From Tetramitus jugosus (taxonomy: Eukaryota; Protista; Heterolobosea), in contig OW569384.1 of assembly GCA_937625935.1 (NCBI GenBank), positions 124,001 to 188,000 on the forward strand: 64,000 bases of DNA. The letters are read 5' to 3'. Below, piece by piece: positions 1-11,700 of this stretch. How positions within the stretch are numbered: the stretch's first letter is position 1; each line of letters starts with the position of its first letter. The translations under genes and the position numbers were made by a program. A model generated the notes under the pieces. That model ran no database searches and was not told where the DNA came from. It saw nothing but the letters and a program-made list of their open reading frames with translations.

Positions 1-1392
1 CCACAATCTACGCTCATCAAAGTACCTTCTAAATGCTAACCAATGCTCTGGAAATACCAACAAGGCATGCGTATCAACCAATTGATACAAGTATGGTTGA
101 TGGTTATTATCATTGACTGTAGGTTCCGTGTCTGGATTGCCTGGCACCAATGTAGGTCTCTGTAACGATATTCCATAGATGGATGAAGCAACGAGAGAGG
201 ATGGATCGAGAGACAATTGACTCGCCGTGAATTCACTCTTCCTCTTCTTCTGATTTATATTGTTTTGATCATTTTCTTGTTCTTCTGACTCTTGCTCTTT
301 CTTCGTCTTCTTCTCATCTTGACTACTACTACTACTACTACTGTAGCGATACCTTGAGATCATCTTCTTCAAATACAGGTAATAGTACGGAGAAACAACC
401 ATGTCATCATCCATAATCAACGCATACGTATCATTGTTTAACGGATAAAACGATTCCAACCATGAAAATTGCTTGTTTGCCGCTCGATGACGATACTGCA
501 CACTCAATTTACCATGTGGCCACTTGAACGACCTCATCAAATAGTTTAAAATTTGTTCATGCATTCTTCTCCTTGTTTCATGTTCTTGCATGGTCATGGG
601 TCGTGATGTCACAATACTTGTCTTGTGCTTGTTGTTCGGTGATGATGGTGCAATGACAGTCATGTTCTCATTCGGATCATAATGATCCACAAACACTGTT
701 AAATCAATTTCTCCGATTCTCTCTGCCAACAATTGTTCTTCTTCTTCATCACCGTCATCGTCATCGCCATTATCACCACTCTTGTTTTCACTATTCAAAT
801 TCGTATTTTTGTTGTGATTGATGTGATTATCATATTTGGCATCTCTTAGTGCTTCCAAGCACCGACTCAATGAATCCAATTGATCCATGGCCAACACTTT
901 GATCTCAAACGAAAATTTTCCTCTCTTACTATTATTATTGATTGTCGTGCTTGTTGTTGTTGCTGTTGTTGTTGTCATTGTCGAAAAAAATTTTTGTTGA
1001 TCATTACGATTCGTGGTGGTGGAACAACAATGAATATCACACAATTGTTGAGCATGCATCTGATCAATCATTGTCTTATCCATAATAAATCCCGACAGGT
1101 ACAACAATTGATAGAGTGTATTGATGACGAATGCAATGACAATAACAATGGTTATCATGTAGAAGAATCGATGAGAAGCACTTGTTATTGAACTTGCATT
1201 TGAACTGGTATTTGTATTTGTTGATGATGATGATGATGACATTGTATTACTATTACTATTACTACTGCTATTGTTATTGTTGTTTAGGGAAGGAGAGCAA
1301 TTGGAGGTGGTGGTGGTGGTGGGAAGTGTATGATGATGGTGGTGGTGGTGGTGGTGTGCGGGTGATGGATGAGTGTGTTGGTGGACCACCAT
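1..1392 (-). CDS. Type II membrane GT-A-fold glycosyltransferase (GT2-like, resembling the uncharacterised plant At5g12260-type family); partial, runs off the window start
   Basis: Not in the ORF track because there is no stop in the window. Manual translation from ATG at 1392 stays open to base 1: N-terminal TM (FFYMITIVIVIAFVINTLY), FEIKVLAMDQLDSLSRCLEALRDAKY, IDLTVFVDH, FKWPHGK, WLESFYP, ALIMDDDMVVSPYYY (DxD), IYGISLQRP, PYLYQLV. Confidence 0.8.
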   Translation of the reverse strand, partial: MVVHQHTHPSPAHHHHHHHHHTLPTTTTTSNCSPSLNNNNNSSSNSNSNTMSSSSSSTNTNTSSNASSITSASHRFFYMITIVIVIAFVINTLYQLLYLSGFIMDKTMIDQMHAQQLCDIHCCSTTTNRNDQQKFFSTMTTTTATTTSTTINNNSKRGKFSFEIKVLAMDQLDSLSRCLEALRDAKYDNHINHNKNTNLNSENKSGDNGDDDDGDEEEEQLLAERIGEIDLTVFVDHYDPNENMTVIAPSSPNNKHKTSIVTSRPMTMQEHETRRRMHEQILNYLMRSFKWPHGKLSVQYRHRAANKQFSWLESFYPLNNDTYALIMDDDMVVSPYYYLYLKKMISRYRYSSSSSSSQDEKKTKKEQESEEQENDQNNINQKKRKSEFTASQLSLDPSSLVASSIYGISLQRPTLVPGNPDTEPTVNDNNHQPYLYQLVDTHALLVFPEHWLAFRRYFDERRLW

Positions 1393-2366
1393 GGTGTTTT
1401 TTGTTGATGATTGTTTTGTGGTCTTTTTCGTTGTTTGATTTTTGAGCTCCCAATTTGAAACGACGACCAGTTACCATAAAAAAAAAGTTACATTTTTGAT
1501 GGGTTACTGTCGGACCTAAAGGGAGACTCTGGGAAGAAAGTACGGGTGGATTGGAATAGAGATTAGTACAGTTTGTTTCGCTATTTACAGTGTGTGTTTT
1601 ATTTACAAAATACAATCGACAGTTTTGTGTTGGTTATCACTCATAAAGTCGTACTACGGACAATGTAATACCCTCTTTCATCGAGTCTCCCCATACTCCA
1701 TGTGAAGCAAAGTCGTATCCCTCGAGCCAATGTTCATGGTAATTACCATGGATTGAGTTCTTTTGTTTTTTCTTGTGTGTAACTTTTTCATGTTTAAAGT
1801 TCCAGTGTTGGAGAAAACTCGATATCGCTTGTTTGATGATGTGAGAGATGGGATGGAAGTTGGCAGGTGGAACCAGAAGTGTGATGGTGGTTGACGAACT
1901 TGTGGTGACAAGTGTTGTTGTGAATGTGAGTGCTGTTGTTGCTATACAGGAATTTGAATAAGTTGTGGATAGTATGATACATTGTGAGGTTATCTGCAGA
2001 TGGAAAGTAAGTGGTTTTCTTATAAGAAAGCTGGATGTGGTGTTGAAGTTTTCTTGATTGATTAAATTCTGTTGTGTGTCCATGATTCGGGTATGATTAG
2101 TCGTAACGATTCGCAACATTCATGTGGTGTTTGAAGGAGTGAATCCTTATTTCTGTTGGGCGCATACTGCCCTGTGGCTGACAAATGAAATCCTTATCTT
2201 ATGTGTGATGCTAGGATGTCTTGGAACAAATTTGTGTTAGATTTCAGACGACAATCAATGAAGGACTAATATGCATAAACAATTGTTTACTTGGCATCTT
2301 GTTGATTCGACAATAAGACTCCGGTAGGAACTCTATGCTGCCTGGCCTACTTCCGTTTCAACCTTT

Positions 2367-3131
2367 CTACTCTTTCTTTGGTTGTGCCACATGATATGTA
2401 TCTGGTAGATACAATGTTCCGAATAGATAATCCCAGATCATGAGATGTTCTGCAAAGTTTACCTTGTAGCGACGATGATGTAAGTAATGAAATCTAGCGG
2501 TATATATGTATGGTATCTCAACCATTCTTCCTGAGTGATTGAACTGAACAAAAACACTGATCAAGAACAGGAAGATCACTATTGAACTGATTGGAACCGA
2601 AAACACCATCATTTGACAGATGGCAAAAGATGCAACTAGCGCACCCTCAAAAGCATCACCATAGATGGCATCGAAAACACCCCTGGGTGAAGCGAACTCG
2701 TGATGTTGTGAATGGATGTGCTTGTACATCCACCTGAACTGATGGCATGACCTATGAAAAATATAGATTTGGAGATCATAGAGTGCAACCATGAGAAGAA
2801 CACATGCAAGAACCTCCACTACGTATAGAGTGAATCCTAGAAAAGACATGTCACTCACTGTCCTCTCATACAGTGAGCCATGGTAGCTGGTCCATGCTGT
2901 GACAAAGGAAGCCAGTGTCCCAGCACTGGAGTGGTTAATTACCCAGAAGAGAGGCACGTTCTTTGTTGGCTTGTTGTTCTTCTTTGGATCCTGTTCAATG
3001 TGGTCCCAGTATTTAGAGAGTTCTTGAGCAAAGATAGATGTCACCATGGACAAGAGAGAGAGCGCAATTGGTACGGTTAGCCAATAGTACAAGGTAGGTC
3101 CAGTGCTGGGTAAGAAAGTATTGATGGGCAT
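2367..3131 (-). CDS. Fatty acid hydroxylase / sterol desaturase superfamily membrane di-iron enzyme
   Basis: His boxes HRSCH, HSQHH, FNH and HYLHH; WDYLFGT near the C-terminus; several TM segments. Confidence 0.9.
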   Translation of the reverse strand: MPINTFLPSTGPTLYYWLTVPIALSLLSMVTSIFAQELSKYWDHIEQDPKKNNKPTKNVPLFWVINHSSAGTLASFVTAWTSYHGSLYERTVSDMSFLGFTLYVVEVLACVLLMVALYDLQIYIFHRSCHQFRWMYKHIHSQHHEFASPRGVFDAIYGDAFEGALVASFAICQMMVFSVPISSIVIFLFLISVFVQFNHSGRMVEIPYIYTARFHYLHHRRYKVNFAEHLMIWDYLFGTLYLPDTYHVAQPKKE

Positions 3132-3723
3132 TGTGTGTGATTTATAAATTTGTTTGATGGATTCCTTTCGTGTTCAATTGCACCCCTTATTAAGGCTTCG
3201 ATCAACATGATCTAGAAATTTCATGATTGTTAGTTGACTTTACAAAACATGTTCGTGGATGGACGCAGTGGACAACGCGAATTTCCTCAAAAGGACAGTT
3301 GTTCGGGTCGTTTACACCAGCTTTCACGTCAACTGGCAAGAACTTGCAAGGTTGATGAGCCCGAAGCAAAGCGAAATTGACACAAACACTTGGTCAAAAT
3401 TTCTTGTTCACATTGCTCTAAGGTATCTATCAATTGCCCCGTTCATTGAGCTTGTCCAAGGTTATCTCACGCACGTGCTTCAAACCAAGCTTTCATGCGA
3501 TGATCTTGCGTACAAAACTAACAGCGAGACCACACATTGAAATGAACAAAGTGCTACATCTTACGTCACGATCTGATTACGAAGTAATCGTTGAGTTTTG
3601 TTCACAAGCACAAGTTCGCCAACAAGGAATCCTGCCAAAAGCATTTTTGTCCGCCGACCAGAGAACATCAACACAAGAAATCAACAAACAAACAAAAACA
3701 ACCATTTCTCATCTCACTGGATC

Positions 3724-4383
3724 ATGAAATCATCATCATCATCACCCAACAAAATCTTTCTCTATGCACCCAATCTCATTGGTTTTGCTAGAGTGTTGCT
3801 CACCATTCTCTCCATTTGTATCTACGACACTTATCCTCGCATCTTCTTGATCATGTACGTGCTTTCCTTTGTGTTGGACGCTCTAGATGGTCACATTGCC
3901 AGAAAACTCAATCAATGTTCTCGTTTGGGTGCTGTTTTGGACATGGTGACTGATCGTTTTTCAACGGCTGCGCTCTGTACTATTTTGGTCATTTTGGCGG
4001 GAGAGGGAAATAAGTGGCTACAGCTGAGTTTTATTTTTTTGAACATTTTGGATTTTGTGTCGCATTGGTTGCGCATGTATGTTTCTCTTGTTGTCGGATC
4101 CACCTCTCACAAGAATTTGTCCGATGATTCCCCTGCCATCTTGAAGCTCTACTATGGAAATAGAATGTTCATGGGTGTGTTGTGTGTGGGCAATGAACTG
4201 TTCTATGTCATCTTGTATGCCTTGTGGATTGGTCTCCCAATTGTTCCTTACTGGTTCCTGTACGTTGTGATTTCTCCATTGTGGGCCTTGAAGCAAGTCA
4301 TGAACGGTATTCAATTGTATCAATCTGCATTGGATCTTGTCAGATGGGAGTACGAAAATGAACCACACCACAAGTCCAACTAA
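3724..4383 (+). CDS. PIS1: CDP-diacylglycerol--inositol 3-phosphatidyltransferase (phosphatidylinositol synthase)
   Basis: IFLYAPNLIGFAR N-terminus; CDP-alcohol phosphotransferase motif DALDGHIARKLNQCSRLGAVLDMVTDR; LDFVSHW. Start placed at ATG 3724. Confidence 0.93.
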   Translation: MKSSSSSPNKIFLYAPNLIGFARVLLTILSICIYDTYPRIFLIMYVLSFVLDALDGHIARKLNQCSRLGAVLDMVTDRFSTAALCTILVILAGEGNKWLQLSFIFLNILDFVSHWLRMYVSLVVGSTSHKNLSDDSPAILKLYYGNRMFMGVLCVGNELFYVILYALWIGLPIVPYWFLYVVISPLWALKQVMNGIQLYQSALDLVRWEYENEPHHKSN

Positions 4384-4727
4384 CAGTGACGTGATTTTAT
4401 TGCAGCAATAAATGATCTATTTCTTAAAAGTTAAGGTCAGTTTCCTTGTGGTTTTGCCTCGTAGTCATCATCTGAACTCGTTATCTGAATCTTCATCCGT
4501 ATTGTCTCCCCAAATTAAGTCTGTAATTGTTCGGTGGTTGCTCCACATGGTCAGGAGCGCTTCTTACGAAGTCGTCAATTATCCTAGTGAAGGATAAGGG
4601 ATTAATTTTGAGTGTTGTACCTCAATCACCTGACACTTAGAATAGAGGCCATGTTGTTCACAATTGGACTTTGTTTCGTGCGTTTCGCAGAAGTTTGAAC
4701 ATTGACGAGGACAGAAGAACAATTAGT

Positions 4728-5750
4728 TTATGAATTTCTGTAAACAGCGTTCATCGAATTCAAATAGGGCACAGGCAATCCCGTATCACATCTGTTTCCA
4801 TTAATAAACACTCCTAGCATACCATGCTCCTTGGACTCAATCAACTGTTTCATGCCGTGCATTCTCAGATTCAATTCTTCCTTCTTGGTTCTTGTCTTGT
4901 TCTCCTCTTGTAATATGATCCAGTTCTCTCGCAAGTAATCAAAAGCCGCAATGGTTAAGATATCCATTCCGAAATAGCACAGACACTGCCTCTCGTTTGT
5001 TTGTTGCTGTTCGTTGAATCCTCCAATCTTACTGAGTACACTGTGATTCAAAAACAGACCAAGTTCCTCCGCGGTCTGCGAGCTTGGCTTTTCAAATGTT
5101 GTTTCGACCTTGAACAGACCTGCTGATGAATCCAATGAACCATCATCCATCTTCAGTACGCCATTGACACTGAGTTCAGATTCAACAGTTGTTGATACAC
5201 TCGTAATACTCAGAGCACCATCAGTTCTCTGATAGGCTTGAATCATTTGTTGCACACATGATCCAGAGGCAGTTTTTGGTGCAATGTACACATGATCACC
5301 TAGCATGAGCATAAAGCTACTCTCACCGCGTACATGAGGCTCACAAATCAGAATGGCATGACCGAGACCTGCTTGCTCCTCCTGCACAACCAATTCAATG
5401 TACTGTGCAATCTGTTTAATGCGATCAATCTGTTGCTTCATCACCTTGTCCTTGGCATACAAGTGATCCAACGAGTGATCATAGAAAAAGTGTTCCAAGA
5501 ATGGCCTCTGATCCTCCTGTATCACAATAATGAGCTTGAACTTTGAAATATCTTCCTCTGTTAAATCTTGTTGTGCTTCCAGTGCTTTCAGTGTCATGTC
5601 ACACAGCATGTACAGAATGGGCTTTACGAGATTGTCTTGTGGATCGACCAGTGGGAATAGAGCCTTTGGGATGACTTTTGTAGCAGGGTACATTCTTGTG
5701 CCGTACCCTGCAATGGGAATAATGACCTTGTGGATAATGGGTGCTGTCAT
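4728..5750 (-). CDS. Bacterial-type UTP-glucose-1-phosphate uridylyltransferase-like nucleotidyltransferase (GalU family)
   Basis: KVIIPIAGYGTRMYPATKVIPKALFPLVD, QEEQAGLGHAIL, MLGDH, FEKP, RCDTG. Start at ATG 5750. Confidence 0.82.
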   Translation of the reverse strand: MTAPIIHKVIIPIAGYGTRMYPATKVIPKALFPLVDPQDNLVKPILYMLCDMTLKALEAQQDLTEEDISKFKLIIVIQEDQRPFLEHFFYDHSLDHLYAKDKVMKQQIDRIKQIAQYIELVVQEEQAGLGHAILICEPHVRGESSFMLMLGDHVYIAPKTASGSCVQQMIQAYQRTDGALSITSVSTTVESELSVNGVLKMDDGSLDSSAGLFKVETTFEKPSSQTAEELGLFLNHSVLSKIGGFNEQQQTNERQCLCYFGMDILTIAAFDYLRENWIILQEENKTRTKKEELNLRMHGMKQLIESKEHGMLGVFINGNRCDTGLPVPYLNSMNAVYRNS

Positions 5751-5952
5751 GATCGAAACAGTTGTTGTTTTCCTTTTGTTTTGTCTGAGATTTCTGGGTT
5801 CAAAACATAATCTAAAAATGAAGTTTTGAATATCCCGACACTGTTTTCGCGCCATTCTCATTTTCCGTTAGTTAACAAGCGAACAAATATTTGAAAGAGA
5901 GAAGCGTTGCTTGTTTGACCAATATTATTATTATTACATAGATATAGACACC

Positions 5953-6819
5953 ATGGACAGAGACGAACTAGAGGGATTCATAGCGTTCAACAACAAGGAA
6001 GAAGAAGAGGCCTACTATCGTGAAATTGACCAGCAGAGAGATTTGGATGACTCTGACTCTGGCAGCGACATGGAAGAGAGAGCAAGAGGTGCCGCCAGCA
6101 AGAGAAACAGAAAAAGAGCCAACAATGGTGGTGCAAAGAAAATGCCAAAGAAACAAGCCATCTTACTGCACGCTCTGAACCACATGCCCGAATTGGAACA
6201 ATTGTTTGCCAAGAATGATAAGGATATGCTCATGAGTTCAGTATCGGACGAACAATTGTTGCACCATTGGGTACATTTGCATAGACAGTGGTACACCAAA
6301 GTGTTTGCACCTCATTTGAGCTTTGAGAATGCGGCATACTTTATGGAACAGCAGAGCATGTCTCGATTCGCTAAACAATACTTGAACAAGGCGAGAGAGA
6401 ACAAGGTGGGGCCGAGTCGTGCGTCAAGTTCTGTGCCGGCAGTGAGCACCAACAAGAGCAAGAGTAAGAAGAGACAGCGATCAGAAGAAGCTGACGACGA
6501 GGACAAGGCTTCAGAAGATGATGAGGAATATGTGCCTGTAAAGGAGAAGCAGAAGGATGACGATGATGAAAAGATTGCGATTGAAATATCAAAGGATGAC
6601 AACGCAGGTCGGAGAAGAAGAAGAAGAGGAGACAGTCAAAAGACAACCAAAGCATCATTATCTGATAATAATAGTGACCATAAGGATAGTGACAATGAAA
6701 GCAACAATGCGATCGAGGATGAACAACGTTCGAATAAGAGAGGAAGATTGAAGAAGAAGGCCAAGAAATCAACTTCGGATGACAAGGGTGCATCGAGCGA
6801 GGAGGAACTTGAATTGTAA
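5953..6819 (+). CDS. Probable Swi3/Csm3/TIPIN-like replication fork protection protein (acidic/basic disordered flanks)
   Basis: Central segment LLHHWVHLHRQWYTKVFAPHLSFENAAYFME resembles the Swi3 domain (L..Y..W...LFP...F.DF...E); NLS-like basic clusters. Confidence 0.5.
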   Translation: MDRDELEGFIAFNNKEEEEAYYREIDQQRDLDDSDSGSDMEERARGAASKRNRKRANNGGAKKMPKKQAILLHALNHMPELEQLFAKNDKDMLMSSVSDEQLLHHWVHLHRQWYTKVFAPHLSFENAAYFMEQQSMSRFAKQYLNKARENKVGPSRASSSVPAVSTNKSKSKKRQRSEEADDEDKASEDDEEYVPVKEKQKDDDDEKIAIEISKDDNAGRRRRRRGDSQKTTKASLSDNNSDHKDSDNESNNAIEDEQRSNKRGRLKKKAKKSTSDDKGASSEEELEL

Positions 6820-6965
6820 TATCGTTTGATTTTTGAGAGTTTTATACGGAATGTATGACTACACAGAACAGGAGTGAATGACAGATGATCTGATTAGGTT
6901 TCAAGATCTTCAGGAAATAAATAAGCTCCTCGTGGACCAATATTTATTGTTATCAATCAAATGCT

Positions 6966-8600
6966 CTAGTCTGTCGAGGGTATTGTGTAGGATACAGATA
7001 CACCTGGTTGATATTCGTCCTCTGCTTGAGCAGCGGGTGATTCAATTCTACTTTCTCGCTGCTTTTTAGCATGTTCGTTTGGTGGGACGATGAGAAAGAT
7101 TACAAAGATGCAGCTGATGAGGGCAGAGGCCCCACCAGTTGCGAGAGTGGCTGTTACACTACCTCGGGAGAAGTGGGAGATCAATGGACCAACTCCGCTC
7201 ATTATCAATTGAGGAATGACGACAAATATGTTCAGTATGCCCATGTACACTCCCTTGTCATTCTCTTGAGCCACATTGGCGGTAATCGCGAATGGAATCG
7301 TGTTAGTGATGGACCATGGAATTCCAAACACTGAGATTAGAGCAACGGCAAAGTATTTGTCTCTGATAAAGAATGTGAGTCCGAGGCATGTTGCCAGAAT
7401 GAATTGTCCAATGAAGAAGATGACCCGGGTGCCAAGAGCACTGCTCAATCGTGGCACCAATGGACTGAATAGAAGCGAACAACCAGCAAATCCTGCCAAC
7501 CCAAAAGAGCCATATCTTACACCGTTCTCAAACAAGTGATATGTTGGATCATTTTCATCAGGTGATCCATGAAACACATCGAGAGCAACCCAAACTGTTA
7601 TGTATATCAGAAAAGTGAACCAGGCGAACCAATTGAAGAATTGAACTAGGCAGACACGAATCATGGGCTTTGGCAAATGAAACAGAACTCGAAAGAGGTG
7701 AAGCAGTGGACGATCTCTGCTTACTGGCGATTCTTCATCATTGTTTTGAACCAGTGTTCGAGTAAATGGTTTCTCTTTGGCGGCTATTAGTGTAACAATC
7801 ACTGTAGCAGTCAGAACTACAATGCTGATGGAGAATGAGATTCTCAAGTCTTGGCAAGCAGTACCGCACATCTTTGTACCGGTGAACGTAATCCAACTGC
7901 TCCATGGCATCCAACCAGTGATGAATCCCAGAATGTTGCCCAATCCTAACCAGAATGTGAACAGTGCATTACCAGTTTCTTGTTTCTCAGGTGGAGCAAT
8001 ATCAGCCACTAAGGCTCTACACGGTCCCTGTAGTATGTTGTTTGCAATGTCTAACATCCAAAATCCAGCCACTGTTAAACCGATCGCTGCTGGATGATAT
8101 GTCCGCGTATCACCAAACAACCTTCCAATATCCAGTGCATTTGGAATCAACAACAGTGACACAGCAACAAATATGGCACCAAAGAGGATGAACGGTCTTC
8201 TGCGACCCCATCGACTCGTGCATTGATCAGAGAAGGCACCAACCGTTGGCTGAACGATTAAGCCAGCTACAGGACCACACAACCAAACAATGGTAATCAA
8301 TGCCTTGGGAATACCCAACTCGAGCAAGAAGGGTGTTAACAGAGAGATTTGCAGTGCCCAACCAAACTGTACACCAGCAAAGCACAGAGTTACGAGTGCT
8401 AATCGAATGAAAGAAATGTCGGGCTTTGTGTGAGATTGATTGTCATCGTTAAATTCGACTTTCACGGAGACATCTTCGAGAGAATTGTATGATGCGTTTC
8501 TGAGCAGATTCGCAGAGTCTTGAGCTCTGATAGTGTAGATGGATGATGAGGGAGAAAAGGATAGACTTTCAGAGGATATGATGGATTGATCTTGACTCAT
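6966..8600 (-). CDS. Sucrose/H+ symporter-like GPH/MFS transporter (SUT/SUC, SLC45 family)
   Basis: GVQFGWALQISLLTPF, WLCGPVAGLIVQPTVG, SRWGRRRPF, QGPCRAL, GVYMGILNIFVVIPQ; about 12 TM helices. Confidence 0.92.
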   Translation of the reverse strand: MSQDQSIISSESLSFSPSSSIYTIRAQDSANLLRNASYNSLEDVSVKVEFNDDNQSHTKPDISFIRLALVTLCFAGVQFGWALQISLLTPFLLELGIPKALITIVWLCGPVAGLIVQPTVGAFSDQCTSRWGRRRPFILFGAIFVAVSLLLIPNALDIGRLFGDTRTYHPAAIGLTVAGFWMLDIANNILQGPCRALVADIAPPEKQETGNALFTFWLGLGNILGFITGWMPWSSWITFTGTKMCGTACQDLRISFSISIVVLTATVIVTLIAAKEKPFTRTLVQNNDEESPVSRDRPLLHLFRVLFHLPKPMIRVCLVQFFNWFAWFTFLIYITVWVALDVFHGSPDENDPTYHLFENGVRYGSFGLAGFAGCSLLFSPLVPRLSSALGTRVIFFIGQFILATCLGLTFFIRDKYFAVALISVFGIPWSITNTIPFAITANVAQENDKGVYMGILNIFVVIPQLIMSGVGPLISHFSRGSVTATLATGGASALISCIFVIFLIVPPNEHAKKQRESRIESPAAQAEDEYQPGVSVSYTIPSTD

Positions 8601-8753
8601 GTTGGTTGTTCCTCATCAATATTCAATTGTTTTTTTCACGTCGTCAGTCAACCAAGCGTTTTATCGGAATAGATTCAAGTTCCCGAAGTTTCTATTTTTG
8701 AAACAGTTCGGATAACAAAATTTGGACGTCGCAACCGGTTCTCGAACACAATC

Positions 8754-11700
8754 TCATTGTTGAACCGAACTAATGCAATCATGCAAACAATGAATCAGCC
8801 GTTGTAAACTCTCATCCTTGGACTGAAGAAGCAGAGAGAGTTGATTGTGCTGGGCTATAAATTGATCCAGTAGCGTGAGGAAGGACAGGACACATTCTCC
8901 GCTACTCGTTATGGTGGCAAGATGATTATCGTTCACATGGTGTTGGTTGTTTGAGAGAATATGGATTGCCTTTGATACTCCTGAGCGGTACTCTTGCTCG
9001 CTTCTGGATACTTTGACGCAATCGACAAAGCTTGTCCTCAGGTACAGCTTGTACACATCTAGTTCGCCCTGTGTTTCTTCGATAGAGCTGACGAGGTGTT
9101 GATTGTGTCTCTGTAGCTCCTGATTTGAGATCATGGTCGATTCGAGCTGCGATTGAAGGTGTAGAGACATAATTGAATTGCTCTCAAGATCTGAGAGCAG
9201 TCGTGTATGCAATTGCCTCAATTGATTGATATCTCGCATGAGCTCTGAATTTAACTCTTCCTGCTCGTTCCTATCTGAGTCAAGCAGTTTGAATCGTCGT
9301 TCCATATTATGACATTGGTTCATCAGCTCTTTCAGTTGATACAGTTGCAGTAGCACAGTACTTCTATACACAGACAGCATGGCTTCGTTTTCAGCAACCA
9401 CATCATCATTTGAGTTAGATATATCGTCTGTTTCAACAGATTGATCGGCTACAACTGTGGAGCTCGTGTCTACGCACCCTGCTGACTGCATTTTATAGGA
9501 TACAGAATCGATAACATTCACAATTTTGATTTTTAGTTCCTCTCGCTTTGCAGCTGCCGTACCACTCAGTGTTATTGCAGTGTCACTGACAGGATCGACC
9601 AGATGACTCAATTTGAGGCACACATCTCGCAAGAAGTCAAAATCAACATTTATCTCCGATTTAATCTGCACCAATTGTTCTAGTTGATCCAGATTCTCAG
9701 ATTCTAGATCCTCTCTGAGAGCATGCAAGTCATGAACTTGCTTATTCAAAACTTTGCAATGATAGGATATTTGCTCCTTTTCGTGTTGAAGTCTCTTATT
9801 CTCCAATCTACAATGTGCCAGCTCCTGCTTCAATCGATGGATCAAATCGTTGGAATCTTCAACCTTCTGAAACAAATTATCGATTGTTACTTCTAATTTC
9901 TCGATTCTGCTGTGATCATGACTACGATGATGACTGGAAGATGTAGAATCATTCAAGGATTGAATCTCTAATAACTTTGTGTTTTCGAGCTCAACATGAT
10001 GCAGTTTCTCTCTAAGTTCTGAAACAGTTGTTTGTGACTCTTTAGCATCAGCTTTATATCGCTCTATCAGTAATGAAGCCATTTCGGACACTTCCTCTAC
10101 TTTGGCTATCGAATTATACTCTCTCCTTAACGTTAATTCTCGCAATATTATATCAGCAGTCCTCTCAGTTATTCGAGCGAGTTCCTGGCGGTTTTTGTCC
10201 TTTGTCACTAGCGAAGAAGACAGTACAAGAAGGGATTTTGCGATATTGTCCATTCTCTGATTCAATCGATTGATCATATGGTTGCACTTCTCTGAAAACG
10301 AGTGAAAACTTTGAAGGAGGTGCATCTTTGAAAACAATTGACTATGCTCGAACGAGCCACTAGCACCAATAGCACAGTTATCATCACGACAGGAGAAAGA
10401 ACCCTCGGATATGAGATCGCTGGTTACATCTTGTTCAGAATTCATCATGGAATTTGCAGAATAACTACTGATGATACTAGTTGAACCATCACATAGTTCT
10501 TGTTGAGTTGTGCTGGTCGATGTCTGGTTTCTTCTAATCAACTGATTCTGGCTGGATATTAAGGACTGAATTCTTTGGAAGGAATGTTCAATATCTCTGA
10601 ATTTTGGAGTCAACTTGTCAAATGGCGCCTCTTCTTTGTCTTCTCTAATGTGATGTTGCATATCTCGATGAATAGTCTCCTCTGGAGTAACAACAAGAAA
10701 CAAATCTTGAGAGCCACAGAACATTTTAGCTATTCTATCAGCAATAGGCAGAGAAACACGAGTAGGAACAGGAGTACGATAATGATGGCCGCATGTTCCC
10801 CAGACGAGCACTTGTTTGTCACTTGTTGTGACAGCTGTGTATGTATCACCACATGACACATCAATGACCTTGTATTGTTGGATAGCTTGAATGACAATTG
10901 GACTCATCACGATGTGATTCTGATGGATGTTTGATTGTATTCCTAATTGAAACTGCTCATTGGATCCCATGCCGTACACTGTTCCTTGTTCTAATAGATT
11001 CTTCTAGTGAGCGTCAATGCAATGTAAATGAAAAGAATTCAATTCACATACTTGTAAGACAGATTGAAAACTGAGAACCACATGAAACCTTTTGAACTCT
11101 CTGTTGGAGAAGAGCTTTAACAATGGTTGGATAGAAACGATTCATGACATCTCCCACACCCCTACACACATATTGGAATGAGTCAGTTACAAAATTACTA
11201 TCCATCTTTCAACAACAAGAATAATGACAATTAGTAACCAACCTACAATTGACCATTCTTATTGTTGCCAAAGGCATACAATCGACCATAGTGACACACT
11301 AACATTGAATGATCCCCAGCGGCAGCAATACACACAATTCTCGTTGCTTTCAAAGGATCGACTCCATGTGTCAACAATGGTGAACGAATCAAACATGGTT
11401 CACTCACACTATCACTCTTACCATGACCCAAATTACCAAATGCTCCTCTTCCCCAGCTGAACACTCTACCAAACTGTGTTAGGACGAGCCAATGATAGGA
11501 ACCTGATGCTATGCTCACAATTGAATCACTGAAATAACTGGTCTCATCGTTATCCGTATCACCACTGCACACATTCAACATTTGTTGTTGTGGCGAAGGA
11601 TAATGATAATGATGATGGACAGGATCAGAATGGTTTAGAGCTGGTTCAGCATCGCTGGAGGACGATGACGAAAAACATGAAGAAGCGTTTTGTTGGTGCG

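Noticed and set aside
1637-2119. 160-aa minus ORF between the glycosyltransferase and the desaturase
   Set aside because: No recognisable motif, and several overlapping frames are similarly open in repetitive sequence; cannot be supported as a gene.
3259-3727. Short + ORFs upstream of PIS
   Set aside because: No motifs; they sit in a divergent promoter region and are likely incidental.
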